64,000 bases of DNA. Source: Crocinitomicaceae bacterium. Its GTDB lineage: Bacteria > Bacteroidota > Bacteroidia > Flavobacteriales_D > Crocinitomicaceae. The position numbers and the translations under genes are program-made. The notes beneath the pieces are model-generated. The model was not told the DNA's origin and ran no database searches. It worked only from the letters and a program-made list of their open reading frames with translations. Location of the stretch: contig JBGSIB010000050.1 in assembly GCA_041751955.1 (NCBI GenBank), forward strand, positions 59,598-123,597, written 5' to 3'. This document shows, in pieces, positions 9,156 to 19,900 of this stretch (the first letter of the stretch is position 1; each line of letters begins with the position of its first letter).

Positions 9156-11252
9156 TTGACAAAAAATAAAATAATAAATATGGAAAAATACCCTTTATTG
9201 TTCTTAGCATTATTTGGAATGGTCGTAATTACTGAAGCACAAGAAGATAAATATCAATGGTTAGAAGAAGTTGATGGCCAAAAAGCCTTAGAATTTGTCA
9301 AGAGTCAAAACAACGCTACAATTGAGGAACTGAGCAAAGAAAAAAACTATCAGCGTTTTTATGACAAGAGTTTGGAAATCTATAATTCTACTGAAAAAAT
9401 AGCTTATCCGACTATTCAAGGCAACTACGTTTATAATTTCTGGAAGGACGAAAACCACGTAAGAGGAATATGGAGAAGATCTTTATTAGACAGCTACACA
9501 AGCGGAAATCCGGTTTGGGAAACGCTTCTTGATATAGATGAATTTTCAAAAACCGATGATGTAAAATGGGTCTACAAAGGGAGTGTTGGTTTGTATCCTG
9601 ATTATAATCGTTTTTTAGTTCAACTATCCAAAGGTGGGGGTGATGCAGTCGTGACCAGAGAGTTTGATGTAAATAAAAAACAATTTATAGAAAATGGCTT
9701 TTCAATTGATGAATCAAAAGGTACTGCCAGTTACATAGATGAAAATACCTTGATTGTCTCTTCCGATTTTGGAGAGGGTACCATGACAACATCTGGTTAT
9801 CCTAGTCAAGTAAAAATTTGGAAGCGCGGAACACTGTTAAAAGATGCTCAATTAATCTACACAGGAGAATCTTCTGATGTTGGAACTTGGGGAGGCGTTC
9901 TTCGTGATGGCTCACAAACAATTGCTATGATCAGTCAGGCGCCGACATTTTTTACGCACAATACGTTAATTTGGGATAATAATAGAGCAATTAAACTAGA
10001 TATTCCTGAAGATGCCAGTGCGAATACTGTTTTAAATAATCAAATGATTATAGAATTGAAATCCAATTGGACGGTAAATAACAAAACCTATAAAAGCGGT
10101 TCACTACTAAGTCTAAATTTTTCTGAATTATTAAAAGGTAACAAGGAAATTAAACTAATTATAGAACCAGACGAATTTTCGAGTATTTCAGGGGTTTCGA
10201 CTACTAAAAACAAATTACTTGTCGGCCTGCTGACCGATGTAACAAGTCAATTATACATCTATTCGTTCAAGGACGAAAAATGGACTAATCAAAAAGTCAA
10301 TGCACCGGATTATGGAACGATTTCTATAGCCGCTACCAATGACCTTTCTGATCAGTATTTCTTTGACTTTACGAACTTTATAACACCAACTACTTTGTAT
10401 TCGGCTGATGCAAGTACCAACACTTTTGAAACCTATAAATCATTACCCTCGTTTTTTAACGCAAGTAAATATGAAATAAAACAACTAAAAGCCAAGTCAA
10501 AAGATGGAACGATGGTACCTTATTTTATGGTAGCGGCAAAAGACATGAAATATGACGGCAGTAATCCAACACTTGTTTATGCTTACGGTGGCTTTGAGGT
10601 TTCGGTCTCCCCTTTTTATGCGGCAACATTTGGAGTATCATGGCTAGATGAAGGTGGTGTCTTTGTATTGGCAAATATTCGGGGTGGCGGAGAGTTTGGT
10701 CCAAAATGGCATCAAGATGGAATAAAAGAAAAACGTCAAAACGTATTTGACGATTTATATGCCGTAACGGAAGATCTAATCGCCAAAAAAGTGAGCTCGC
10801 CAAAACATTTAGGGGTAATGGGTGGAAGTAATGGCGGCTTGTTAGTAGGTGTTGCTTTTACACAGCGCCCTGATTTATACAATGCTGTGGTTTGTCAAGT
10901 GCCTTTGTTAGATATGCAAAGGTACAATAAACTGTTAGCCGGCGCGAGTTGGATGGGCGAGTTCGGCAATCCAGATATTCCTGAAGAATGGGAATACATT
11001 AAAAAATATTCACCCTATCACAATCTTAAAAAAGGCGTAAAATATCCAGAAGTATACTTTGAAACTTCTACTCGTGATGATCGAGTTCATCCTGGTCATG
11101 CCCGAAAAATGGTTGCTAAAATGAATGATATGGGATACAAAACCTATTATAATGAAAATATAGAAGGTGGTCACGCGGGTTCTTCTACGAATGAACAACA
11201 CGCAAAATCTCACGCTTTAACTTTTTCTTATTTGTTAATGAAGTTGAAGTAA
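9156..11252 (+). CDS. prolyl oligopeptidase family S9 serine peptidase
   Basis: GGSNGGLLVG catalytic-Ser motif, an N-terminal beta-propeller region and a C-terminal alpha/beta hydrolase. Has a signal peptide, and the start may be the internal MEKYPLL. Confidence 0.85.
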   Translation: MTKNKIINMEKYPLLFLALFGMVVITEAQEDKYQWLEEVDGQKALEFVKSQNNATIEELSKEKNYQRFYDKSLEIYNSTEKIAYPTIQGNYVYNFWKDENHVRGIWRRSLLDSYTSGNPVWETLLDIDEFSKTDDVKWVYKGSVGLYPDYNRFLVQLSKGGGDAVVTREFDVNKKQFIENGFSIDESKGTASYIDENTLIVSSDFGEGTMTTSGYPSQVKIWKRGTLLKDAQLIYTGESSDVGTWGGVLRDGSQTIAMISQAPTFFTHNTLIWDNNRAIKLDIPEDASANTVLNNQMIIELKSNWTVNNKTYKSGSLLSLNFSELLKGNKEIKLIIEPDEFSSISGVSTTKNKLLVGLLTDVTSQLYIYSFKDEKWTNQKVNAPDYGTISIAATNDLSDQYFFDFTNFITPTTLYSADASTNTFETYKSLPSFFNASKYEIKQLKAKSKDGTMVPYFMVAAKDMKYDGSNPTLVYAYGGFEVSVSPFYAATFGVSWLDEGGVFVLANIRGGGEFGPKWHQDGIKEKRQNVFDDLYAVTEDLIAKKVSSPKHLGVMGGSNGGLLVGVAFTQRPDLYNAVVCQVPLLDMQRYNKLLAGASWMGEFGNPDIPEEWEYIKKYSPYHNLKKGVKYPEVYFETSTRDDRVHPGHARKMVAKMNDMGYKTYYNENIEGGHAGSSTNEQHAKSHALTFSYLLMKLK

Positions 11253-11289
11253 TGTAGGGGTGTCGACTGAATTGTAGGAAATCCGAAAT

Positions 11290-11757
11290 ATGAGCACAGA
11301 ACCCATCATAGATTATTTTTCCAATATTCTACCTCTTGATAATGAGGAAATAGATACGATAAAAAATGTATTTAAAGAAAGAAGATTCAAACTCAAAAAC
11401 TCCATTACTTTTGATTCATGTATTCATTGAAAAATAGAACAACAGGGATATTTAGCTCATGGCTTTTCGTTTTTGTAGTTTGCGGTCTGCTCACATGGAT
11501 TAATGTCTATTTGAAATTAGAAAATACACCAGCATGGTTTAATGGCATGTAGGAAAGAAATCAAGGGTTGCTTCTTGCATTTGATTGCTGGTATCATTGC
11601 TGAAACTCGACAAATGTTGCCTTTAGCCTTAATTGTCATCCCAGCTGCTGTTCATTCTATTTTAGAAATAAAAAGCATGTATTTGAACAATAAAGATCGC
11701 TTTCACGATTACCTGAGGCGCAATATGAAGCGAAATAAAAATGAAAAACTGAGTTAA
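11290..11757 (+). pseudogene. possible decayed Crp/FNR-like regulator (fragmented frames)
   Basis: A 46-codon ORF (MSTEPIIDYFSNILPLDNEEIDTIKNVF...) resembles a Crp-family N-terminus. It is followed by short ORFs in other frames spanning about 470 nt of non-coding-looking DNA. Confidence 0.25.
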
Positions 11758-11766
11758 GGTAGAGTT

Positions 11767-12771
11767 TTATTCAACGGATCTAACCTGAATAATTCGCGAC
11801 AAACTCCTCGTTCCACAACCATCGCTTACCCTCTGAATAACTTCGTATTCGCCCATTTGCATGTAGACGTGGCTTGGGTTTTCTTCTAATGAGAAGTTGC
11901 CATCGCCAAAATCCCACTCCAAATGCGTGAAATGAATGGCTTTGTTGACCAATTCCAATTGGTTGTTTTGCAAAATAATGTCGAAGCCTTCCAGCATTTT
12001 TGGTCGGGGCGGTGTCAAACGGTATTTACTCATGTTAAAGAGCACAGTTTTAGCGGCAAAACCTTCGATAATTTTTTTTTGATCGACTGGCAAATCCACT
12101 AAACTGTGGTTCCCTTGTGGACTAGCACCGAAAATACTGGTAAAAAACGTGCAAGCGCTCAGGTAGGAGCCAGCCAAAGAAGGGTGTTTCAAATCTTCAG
12201 AATACAAATTGATGGAAGCGTCCATTTGTCGAACTTCCGCCCAAACGCGTCCAACTGGAGAAACGGGAACATTGAATTCATTGGACATGCGCAAATAACC
12301 GCTGGCCACCATGTCTTGCATTTTGGTGTAGGTATTGATTTTGTCCCAATTCGGATTACCACTTTCATAGGCCCAAGTCATGTAAAAAAGCACTTGTGAG
12401 CAGCTATTATTCGCTTTGATGCTGTCCATTATTTTTCGAACCGCTGGAAATGTCACTGTATTCGCAACAGATTCAGGTTGTGCAAATTCATCACTGTGAC
12501 CTTGCAAAACCACATAGTCCCATTTGTGTTTGCGAATGGTTTCATAGGTAATCGCTTGCTCCGAATGGTATTTCAAGTTTTTCCCGCCCATGACAACGGT
12601 ATCCACAATAACTGCTCGATCAAATGAATTAGCAATTTTTTTAAAAATGTCGGGCATATCGTTATGAAACGTGTAACTGTTTCCTATAAACAAAACCGAT
12701 GTCTCTTGTTGTGCGTTGGCTTGATGGATGGTCAACATAAAGAATGCAATTAGAAAATAAGCTATTTTCAT
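11767..12771 (-). CDS. secreted SGNH/DUF4886-like hydrolase-fold protein with a C-terminal PKD domain
   Basis: Signal peptide. The N-terminal FIGNSYT block is GDSL-like. The C-terminal WDFGDG...HVY is a PKD signature. Confidence 0.45.
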   Translation of the reverse strand: MKIAYFLIAFFMLTIHQANAQQETSVLFIGNSYTFHNDMPDIFKKIANSFDRAVIVDTVVMGGKNLKYHSEQAITYETIRKHKWDYVVLQGHSDEFAQPESVANTVTFPAVRKIMDSIKANNSCSQVLFYMTWAYESGNPNWDKINTYTKMQDMVASGYLRMSNEFNVPVSPVGRVWAEVRQMDASINLYSEDLKHPSLAGSYLSACTFFTSIFGASPQGNHSLVDLPVDQKKIIEGFAAKTVLFNMSKYRLTPPRPKMLEGFDIILQNNQLELVNKAIHFTHLEWDFGDGNFSLEENPSHVYMQMGEYEVIQRVSDGCGTRSLSRIIQVRSVE

Positions 12772-12890
12772 GGTTGAAATTTGAGGCGAAGTTAGGTGAA
12801 AAAAGTGTTCAATGTAAAACTCATTTCTTAAATATTGTTCAGCTTTTCAATTCCAATATTCGTACCTTTCTGTTTCAAAAATTTAAAATC

Positions 12891-13094
12891 ATGAAAAAAG
12901 AATATCAAAAAGAGGACATGACCATAGTTTGGGACAATTCTAAATGCATACATTCTGGGATTTGCGCAAAAGGATTATCGTCGGTTTTCAAACCCAAAGA
13001 ACAACCCTGGATTCAAACCGATGGTGCTGATAAGGAAACGATTCGTCAGCAAGTTTTGGCCTGTCCTTCAGGGGCTTTGTCGATTAAAGATTGA
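12891..13094 (+). CDS. divergent 4Fe-4S mono-cluster (ferredoxin-like) protein
   Basis: WDNSKCIHSGICA...ACPSGAL pattern. The protein is ~67 aa from the internal Met. Confidence 0.6.
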   Translation: MKKEYQKEDMTIVWDNSKCIHSGICAKGLSSVFKPKEQPWIQTDGADKETIRQQVLACPSGALSIKD

Positions 13095-13678
13095 TTCTTT
13101 CTGAGATGAAAATTAAAACGTGTTGTTTGTCCTTGCTAATTGCAATGTTTACCTTGTCAGCAATTGGACAAGAGGAATATGAATATTTTGATTGTTCCAA
13201 CTCCGTTTTTAGAGAAAACTTTGCGGATACAATCTTTACTACGTTCACCAATAGGAAGGTGAAGGATCGTTTTACTTTTTATGTGCCTAAAGGTAGAATC
13301 CACGATACATTTTCCTATTTGGAAATCACAAACGCTGCTGGCGAAATCATTTACAGCAAACGCTTTGAAACTTTTTTATTGGTTAACGGATATGCCTTGA
13401 ACGAGATAACGACAGAGGCTGAAATGGAATATTATTTGGTCAATAAGGCCAAAACTATCCTTGAACCAGATGCATTCACCTACATCGCAAATATTGTTCC
13501 AGGAGAAGGGATTTTAGGCCAAAAAGATCTTGATGAATTTGATAATTTTGTGGTCTTTTTGGAGTGCGAGCGGGAAAAACGGCCTCTTTTCTCCATTGGT
13601 TTGGGTGAGGAGGATATTTCTTTTTTCGGGTATTCCAACAAAGAATCTCGGGTTGTGCTAGTGGCATCTTGTTGTTGA
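13091..13678 (+). CDS. hypothetical secreted protein
   Basis: ORF with a signal peptide. No recognisable motifs. Confidence 0.5.
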   Translation: MILSEMKIKTCCLSLLIAMFTLSAIGQEEYEYFDCSNSVFRENFADTIFTTFTNRKVKDRFTFYVPKGRIHDTFSYLEITNAAGEIIYSKRFETFLLVNGYALNEITTEAEMEYYLVNKAKTILEPDAFTYIANIVPGEGILGQKDLDEFDNFVVFLECEREKRPLFSIGLGEEDISFFGYSNKESRVVLVASCC

Positions 13679-13964
13679 GCGAAGACATAGAACTGCCATC
13701 AATTGGATAGTTAAAAACCACCAAAATTGTCTTTTTTTCTAAGAACCTTGCTTATTAATGACAAGATCATGATTTACATTTGTCGTAAATAATCTATTGC
13801 CTTTATCAAGTTTAATTTATATGTGTATTATCCCCTAATTCCCCATTCGGAACTCTTATCCCAAGAAAAAACACTACTTTTAAATCCCAATAAAAACACA
13901 TACATTTTGAAAGAAATTGTGCTCTTTTTCGGCTCGTTTTTTTTCTTTTCTCAAATATGAAAAT

Positions 13965-16769
13965 ATGCTTACACCCATAGTCGATAAAAAAATATTCCTT
14001 CTAGACGCTTTTGCATTAATCTACCGCGCTTATTTCGCTTTTGCAAAGAATCCAAGGATCAATTCAAAAGGTCAAAATACCTCTGCTGCCTTTGGTTTTA
14101 CCAATGCTATGATTGATATCATTCAAAAAGAAAAACCGACGCACATGGCGGTTGTTTTTGATGCGCCAGGCGGTGCAACCAACCGAATGGAGGACTTCGC
14201 TGCATACAAGGCAAATCGCGAAGAAATGCCAGAAGACATTCGCAGCATGTTGGAACCCATCAAGGAAATCATCAAAGCTTTTCATATTCCCATGCTCATG
14301 CTCGAAGGTTATGAGGCGGATGACATCATTGGAACTTTAGCCAAAATGGGCGAAAAAGAAGGTTTTCAAACCTACATGATGACGCCAGATAAGGATTTTG
14401 GTCAGCTCGTTTCGGAGAATATTTTCATCTACAAACCAGGACGTGGAAAAGATCCTGCGTCCATTATGGGAGTGAAAGAAGTTTGTGAAAAATTTGAAGT
14501 CGATCATCCTTTACAAGTCATTGATGTACTCGGAATGTGGGGCGATGCCGTGGACAATATCCCAGGAATACCGGGTGTTGGCGAAAAAACAGCCAAGAAA
14601 TTCATCAAAGAATACGGTTCGATGGAAAAACTTTTCGAAAATACCGCCGACCTGAAAGGGAAGATGAAAGAAAACGTAGAGAATTTTCAAGAGCAAGGTT
14701 TGCTTTCTAAAATGTTGGCCACCATCATAATTGATGTTCCTGTTCCTTTCGATCCCATTGATTTAACGCTAGACAAACCCGATACCGAAGCTGTTCTGAA
14801 AATATTTACGGAACTGGAATTCAGGAATTTAGCGAAAAGAGTTACGGGGGAAGAGATTGTCGTTACCGCTGCTGGAAATGCCACAGATGGCCAATTGGAC
14901 TTATTCGGCAAACAAAGTTTGGTGGTGGATCAAGAACCGATGGCAACTTCTGAATTGAAAACAATCGCTACAGAAAAAGCATCGTATCATCTGGTAAATA
15001 CTCCTGAGGAAAGAACGAAATTATTGGATTTGTTACTGCAACAATCCCAAGTTTGTTTCGATACAGAAACCACAAGTATTAATGCCATGCGAGCTGATCT
15101 GGTGGGAATTGCCTTTTCTTTCAAAGCGCGCGAAGGATATTATGTGGCTGTACCTCGCGAATTTGATGAGGCCAAAAAGATTGTCGATTTCTTCGCACCC
15201 TTTTTCGAAAACGATAAAATTGAGAAAATTGCCCACAACATCAAGTACGATTTGCAAGTACTTTATCGCTATGGTATGAAAGTGCACGAACCGCATTTTG
15301 ATACGATGATTGCACATTATTTGATTCAACCAGAGGCGAAACAATCCATGGATTTTCTAGCCGAATATTACTTGCGTTACCAACCGGTTTCCATCGAAGC
15401 ACTCATTGGGAAAAAAGGTAAAAACCAAGGAAATATGGGTGATTTAAAACCGGAAGAAATTTCGGATTATGCCTGCGAAGATGCGGATATTACTTTCCAA
15501 TTGAAGCAAATTTTCGAACCCGAAATTCAGAAAGATCACCTCAAACATCTTTTCTACGAAATGGAAATGCCTTTGGCTGAAGTTTTGCGCGCCATGGAAT
15601 TTGAAGGCATTGCAATAGATGTGGACGGCTTACAAAAATATTCGAAAGAATTGGAAGATTTGCTCCACACTTTGGAAAAAGAAATCAAAGATTTGGCGGG
15701 AATGGATTTCAATATCGATTCCCCTAAACAACTAGGTGAAGTGCTTTTTGACCACTTGAAAATTTCAGCGAAAGCGAAAAAAACAAAGACAGGACAATAC
15801 GCGACATCTGAAGATATTTTGGTGAAACACGAAAAAGATCACCCTATTATTCCTAAGATTTTAGATTATCGACAAATGCGAAAATTGAAAAGCACTTACG
15901 TCGATCCATTGCCAACTTTGTGCGACGAAATCGACGGAAGAATTCACACCAGTTACATGCAAACGGTAACTGCAACTGGGCGTTTAAGCTCCAATAGTCC
16001 GAATCTTCAAAACATTCCAATTCGCAGTGCGCGCGGGAAAGAGATTCGCAAAATGTTCGTGCCGAGAAACAAAGATTTTAAATTACTTGCCGCGGATTAT
16101 TCTCAAATAGAATTGCGGATTATTGCAGCCTTGTCGGAAGATAAAAACATGATCGAAGCCTTTCAGCAAGGACATGATATTCATGCGGCAACGGCTTCTA
16201 AAGTTTTCAATGTTGCCATGGCAGATGTTACCCGCGACCAAAGAAGTTCAGCAAAAGCGGTCAACTTTGGAATCATATATGGGCAAGGCGCTTTTGGTTT
16301 AGGTCAAAATTTAGGTATTTCACGAACTGAGGCAAAATCTATTATCGACGGTTACTTTGCGCAATACGGTTCCATCAAAACTTACATGGATCTTACCGTT
16401 CAAAACGCTCGTGAATATGGCTATGTGGAAACAATTATGAAGCGTCGTCGCTATTTGCCAGACATCAATTCGGCAAATGCAGTTGTTCGAGGTTTTGCGG
16501 AAAGAAATGCTATTAATGCTCCAATTCAAGGTTCCGCAGCTGATATTATCAAGTTGGCCATGGTAGAAGTTTATCACGCTATGCAAGCCAAAAATTACCA
16601 ATCGCGTATGATTTTGCAAGTGCATGATGAGTTGGTTTTCGATGTACACAAGGACGAAGAAACAGAAATTAAAGCATTGGTAAAATCTGCCATGGAATCG
16701 GCCATTAAACTCTCTGTTCCGATGGAAGTAGAAATGGAATTGGGCGATAATTGGCTAGATGCACATTGA
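13965..16769 (+). CDS. polA: DNA polymerase I
   Basis: 5'-3' exonuclease N-terminus (LLDAFALIYRAYFA) and pol-A motifs (RSSAKAVNFGIIYG, QVHDELVFD). Start chosen at MLTPIV. Confidence 0.95.
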   Translation: MLTPIVDKKIFLLDAFALIYRAYFAFAKNPRINSKGQNTSAAFGFTNAMIDIIQKEKPTHMAVVFDAPGGATNRMEDFAAYKANREEMPEDIRSMLEPIKEIIKAFHIPMLMLEGYEADDIIGTLAKMGEKEGFQTYMMTPDKDFGQLVSENIFIYKPGRGKDPASIMGVKEVCEKFEVDHPLQVIDVLGMWGDAVDNIPGIPGVGEKTAKKFIKEYGSMEKLFENTADLKGKMKENVENFQEQGLLSKMLATIIIDVPVPFDPIDLTLDKPDTEAVLKIFTELEFRNLAKRVTGEEIVVTAAGNATDGQLDLFGKQSLVVDQEPMATSELKTIATEKASYHLVNTPEERTKLLDLLLQQSQVCFDTETTSINAMRADLVGIAFSFKAREGYYVAVPREFDEAKKIVDFFAPFFENDKIEKIAHNIKYDLQVLYRYGMKVHEPHFDTMIAHYLIQPEAKQSMDFLAEYYLRYQPVSIEALIGKKGKNQGNMGDLKPEEISDYACEDADITFQLKQIFEPEIQKDHLKHLFYEMEMPLAEVLRAMEFEGIAIDVDGLQKYSKELEDLLHTLEKEIKDLAGMDFNIDSPKQLGEVLFDHLKISAKAKKTKTGQYATSEDILVKHEKDHPIIPKILDYRQMRKLKSTYVDPLPTLCDEIDGRIHTSYMQTVTATGRLSSNSPNLQNIPIRSARGKEIRKMFVPRNKDFKLLAADYSQIELRIIAALSEDKNMIEAFQQGHDIHAATASKVFNVAMADVTRDQRSSAKAVNFGIIYGQGAFGLGQNLGISRTEAKSIIDGYFAQYGSIKTYMDLTVQNAREYGYVETIMKRRRYLPDINSANAVVRGFAERNAINAPIQGSAADIIKLAMVEVYHAMQAKNYQSRMILQVHDELVFDVHKDEETEIKALVKSAMESAIKLSVPMEVEMELGDNWLDAH

Positions 16770-16935
16770 TAATCAAGACTTTAACATAATTCTAACAAAT
16801 GAAGAATGTAACCTTGATATCTAATTGTTTTTCAAGCTTTTAAAAAATAAATAATCCTTATTTTTGCCACGTTATTGGATGGTTTGCATCTATAATTAAA
16901 CAGGTAGATTAAAATTTTAACATTTTGGCACAGTT

Positions 16936-19900
16936 GTGGAATTTCATAATGAAATCACAAAAAATTACACCATGAAAAAAATTTACACGCTCATCATTTG
17001 CTTAGGATTTATGCAAATGGCCTTCGGTCAGGTAACGACCAACTACAATGCAAAATGGTTTTTTGGAGTGAACACTGGTTTGACTTGGCAAACAACCGAT
17101 GTTTCCAACCAATTCCGCACAGGATGGGGATTGACATTGGGAAAATCTTTCAATTATAACTCTGCAACTTGGATGAGTTTTGATGTTCGCGGACGTTTTT
17201 TACGTGGATTTTGGTATGGTCAAGATAAGGATACTTCCGACTTTTCTGTTCCAAATATATCTTTAAGCCAAGGAGCAACGAACTACAAAGACACGTTGGG
17301 CTATGCCATTCATAACTTTCAAACGGAGAATTATCTCTTGAATTTGGAATTGGTGGCACACTTCAATCGTTTCCGAGAACGTACACGTTGGGATCCATAT
17401 ATTTTTGGTGGAATTGGTTTGAACTGGAGCCAAACTTATGGTGATTATTTGAATCGCGATGACGTCAATGGTGATTTGAATCTTTACGATTGGGATGTCA
17501 ACAATTTGAGCAAGCGCAATATCCGCAATACACAAGACGGTGTGTACGAAACAGCATTGGATGGAAGCTCCCAAAATAGTTTCAATTTCTTTACGTCTCA
17601 AAGTTTAGGATTTGGTTTGGGTTACCAAGTTGGTAGAGCTGTGACTATTGGTGTTGAGCATAAAACAACTTGGACAAACATTGACCATTTTGATGGTTTT
17701 GAAGATGTTTCAAAACGTAAAAATGATATCTATCATTATACCAACGCCTACATTCAGTTCCGTTTATTTGGTGGTAGACACGATGAACAGGTACAAACTG
17801 ATCCTGTAAATGAGAACGTTCCACCGGTGGTTATTTATACTCAACCAAGCACTGCTGGAACTATAGTATCTAATCCAAATTACACAATACAAGCGAAAAT
17901 CAGCAATGTTTTCGACAAAGGTAATGTGTTCTTTGTTCACAACGGAAATGCAGTTTCCAATTTCGCTTACAATACAAAATCTGACTTGTTTGCAGCAAAC
18001 GTAACTTTGGTGGAAGGCGAAAACACTTTCGTTCTTACAGGAAATAACCAATATGGAACAGATAGCAAAACGACCCTCATTATTTACAAACCAGAGGTAA
18101 TTCTTCCACCGGTTGTTAATTTTGTGCAGCCAAATATTAATCCGATTACGGTTACAGATCCAAATTACAATGTTGTTGGGAATGTGCTTAACGTGAAAAC
18201 CAAAAGCGGAGTTGCAGTAACGGTCAATGGAGTGACAAGAAATGATTTTAATTTCAATGCGAACAATGGAAACGTGACTTTAAACCTTACTCTGAATTCT
18301 GGCAATAACACTGTTCAAATTACTGGAACTAATACGGCAGGTACGGATACAAAATCTACTGTAATTGTGTACAAATACATACCAACAGTAACGCCACCAG
18401 TTGTCATCTTCACAGACCCTTCTGGAGGCACTAAAACAGTAGCAACTGGAAATTACACGGTAAAAGGAAAAGTTCAGAATGTAGAGAGCAACAGTGGAGT
18501 AAGCTTTAGCCAAAATGGAAATAGCCAATCTAACTTTAGCTTCAATCCAACTACAGATGACTTTAGCTTCAATGCGACTCTGGCAGCTGGACAAAATACT
18601 TTTATTCTTACTGGAACGAATGTAGACGGAACGGCTTCGGCGACAACAATCATCATATACAACAGACAAACAAATCCGCCTGTTGTGAGCATTTCGAATC
18701 CGAGTAACCAAACAACAAATGTAAGCGTTAGTCAGTACAGTTTTGTGGGATCGATTTTGAACATTACTTCGAAAAGTCAAGCGACTTTGAAAGTGAATGG
18801 TTCAACATTCAACAGTTTTACGTTCAATAATTCCACAAAAGGAATTGCTGCCACATTAACTTTGATTCAAGGAAACAATACCATTGAATTGAGTGGAACA
18901 AATGCGGATGGTTCAGATAGTAAACAAGTAAATATTATCTATACACCTGTTGTAACGGTTCAACCGCCTGTGGTTTATTTCACAGCGCCTTCCAGTTCAC
19001 CATCTAATGTGAATAGCAATAGCTATACTTTACAGGCGAAAGTATTAAATGTTGATGGTGCTCAAAACATTACATTCAAACGTAACGGTTCAGTGATGTC
19101 AAACTTCACTTTTAATGCGAGTACAGATGAATTTACAAGTACGCAAAGCTTAAATGCTGGTCAGAATATTTTCGAAATTACTGGAAGCAACTCTGCTGGT
19201 TCAGCTTCGGCAACAACTATTCTTGTTTACAACGTAGCAACGCCAAAACCACCGGTTGTAACGATTTCCAATCCTAGCGGAAGTTCTGCTACTTCAAGTG
19301 TTTCTCAGTATCCCTTCGTCGGGAACATTACCAACGTAAATGTAAGAAGCCAAGTAAATATGACCGTAAATGGTACGATGTACAACGGTTTCAATTTCAA
19401 TGCCGCAACAGGTGTTGTGACGGCAAATCTTACCTTAAATTCAGGCGCAAATGCTGTGGAATTAAAAGGAACAAATGCGGATGGAACAGACAGTAAACAA
19501 GTGGTAATAGTATATACGCCAGTGGCCACTGTTAATCCACCTGTGGTGACTTATGTGAATCCTGGAAGTAACCCGACAACAGTGAGCAGTGCTAACTATA
19601 ATGTTCAAGCAACTGTAGCGAATGTGAGTACTCCAGGTGGTGTGAACATTATTCATAACGGTTCAAATGTAGGTGTCTTCAATTTTGGAAACAACAATTT
19701 AACATTCACTTTGAGTCTTGTAGAAGGAGCAAACACTATTACAGTAACAGGAACCAATGCAGGAGGGGTCGATTCAAAAACGACCACTATAGTTTATACA
19801 CGACCAATAGTTGTTCCACCACCAGTGGTAACTTTTGTTAATCCTGTTTCCAATTCAACAACAGTTGTAGTAGCTAATTACAATGTAAAAGCAACGGTAT

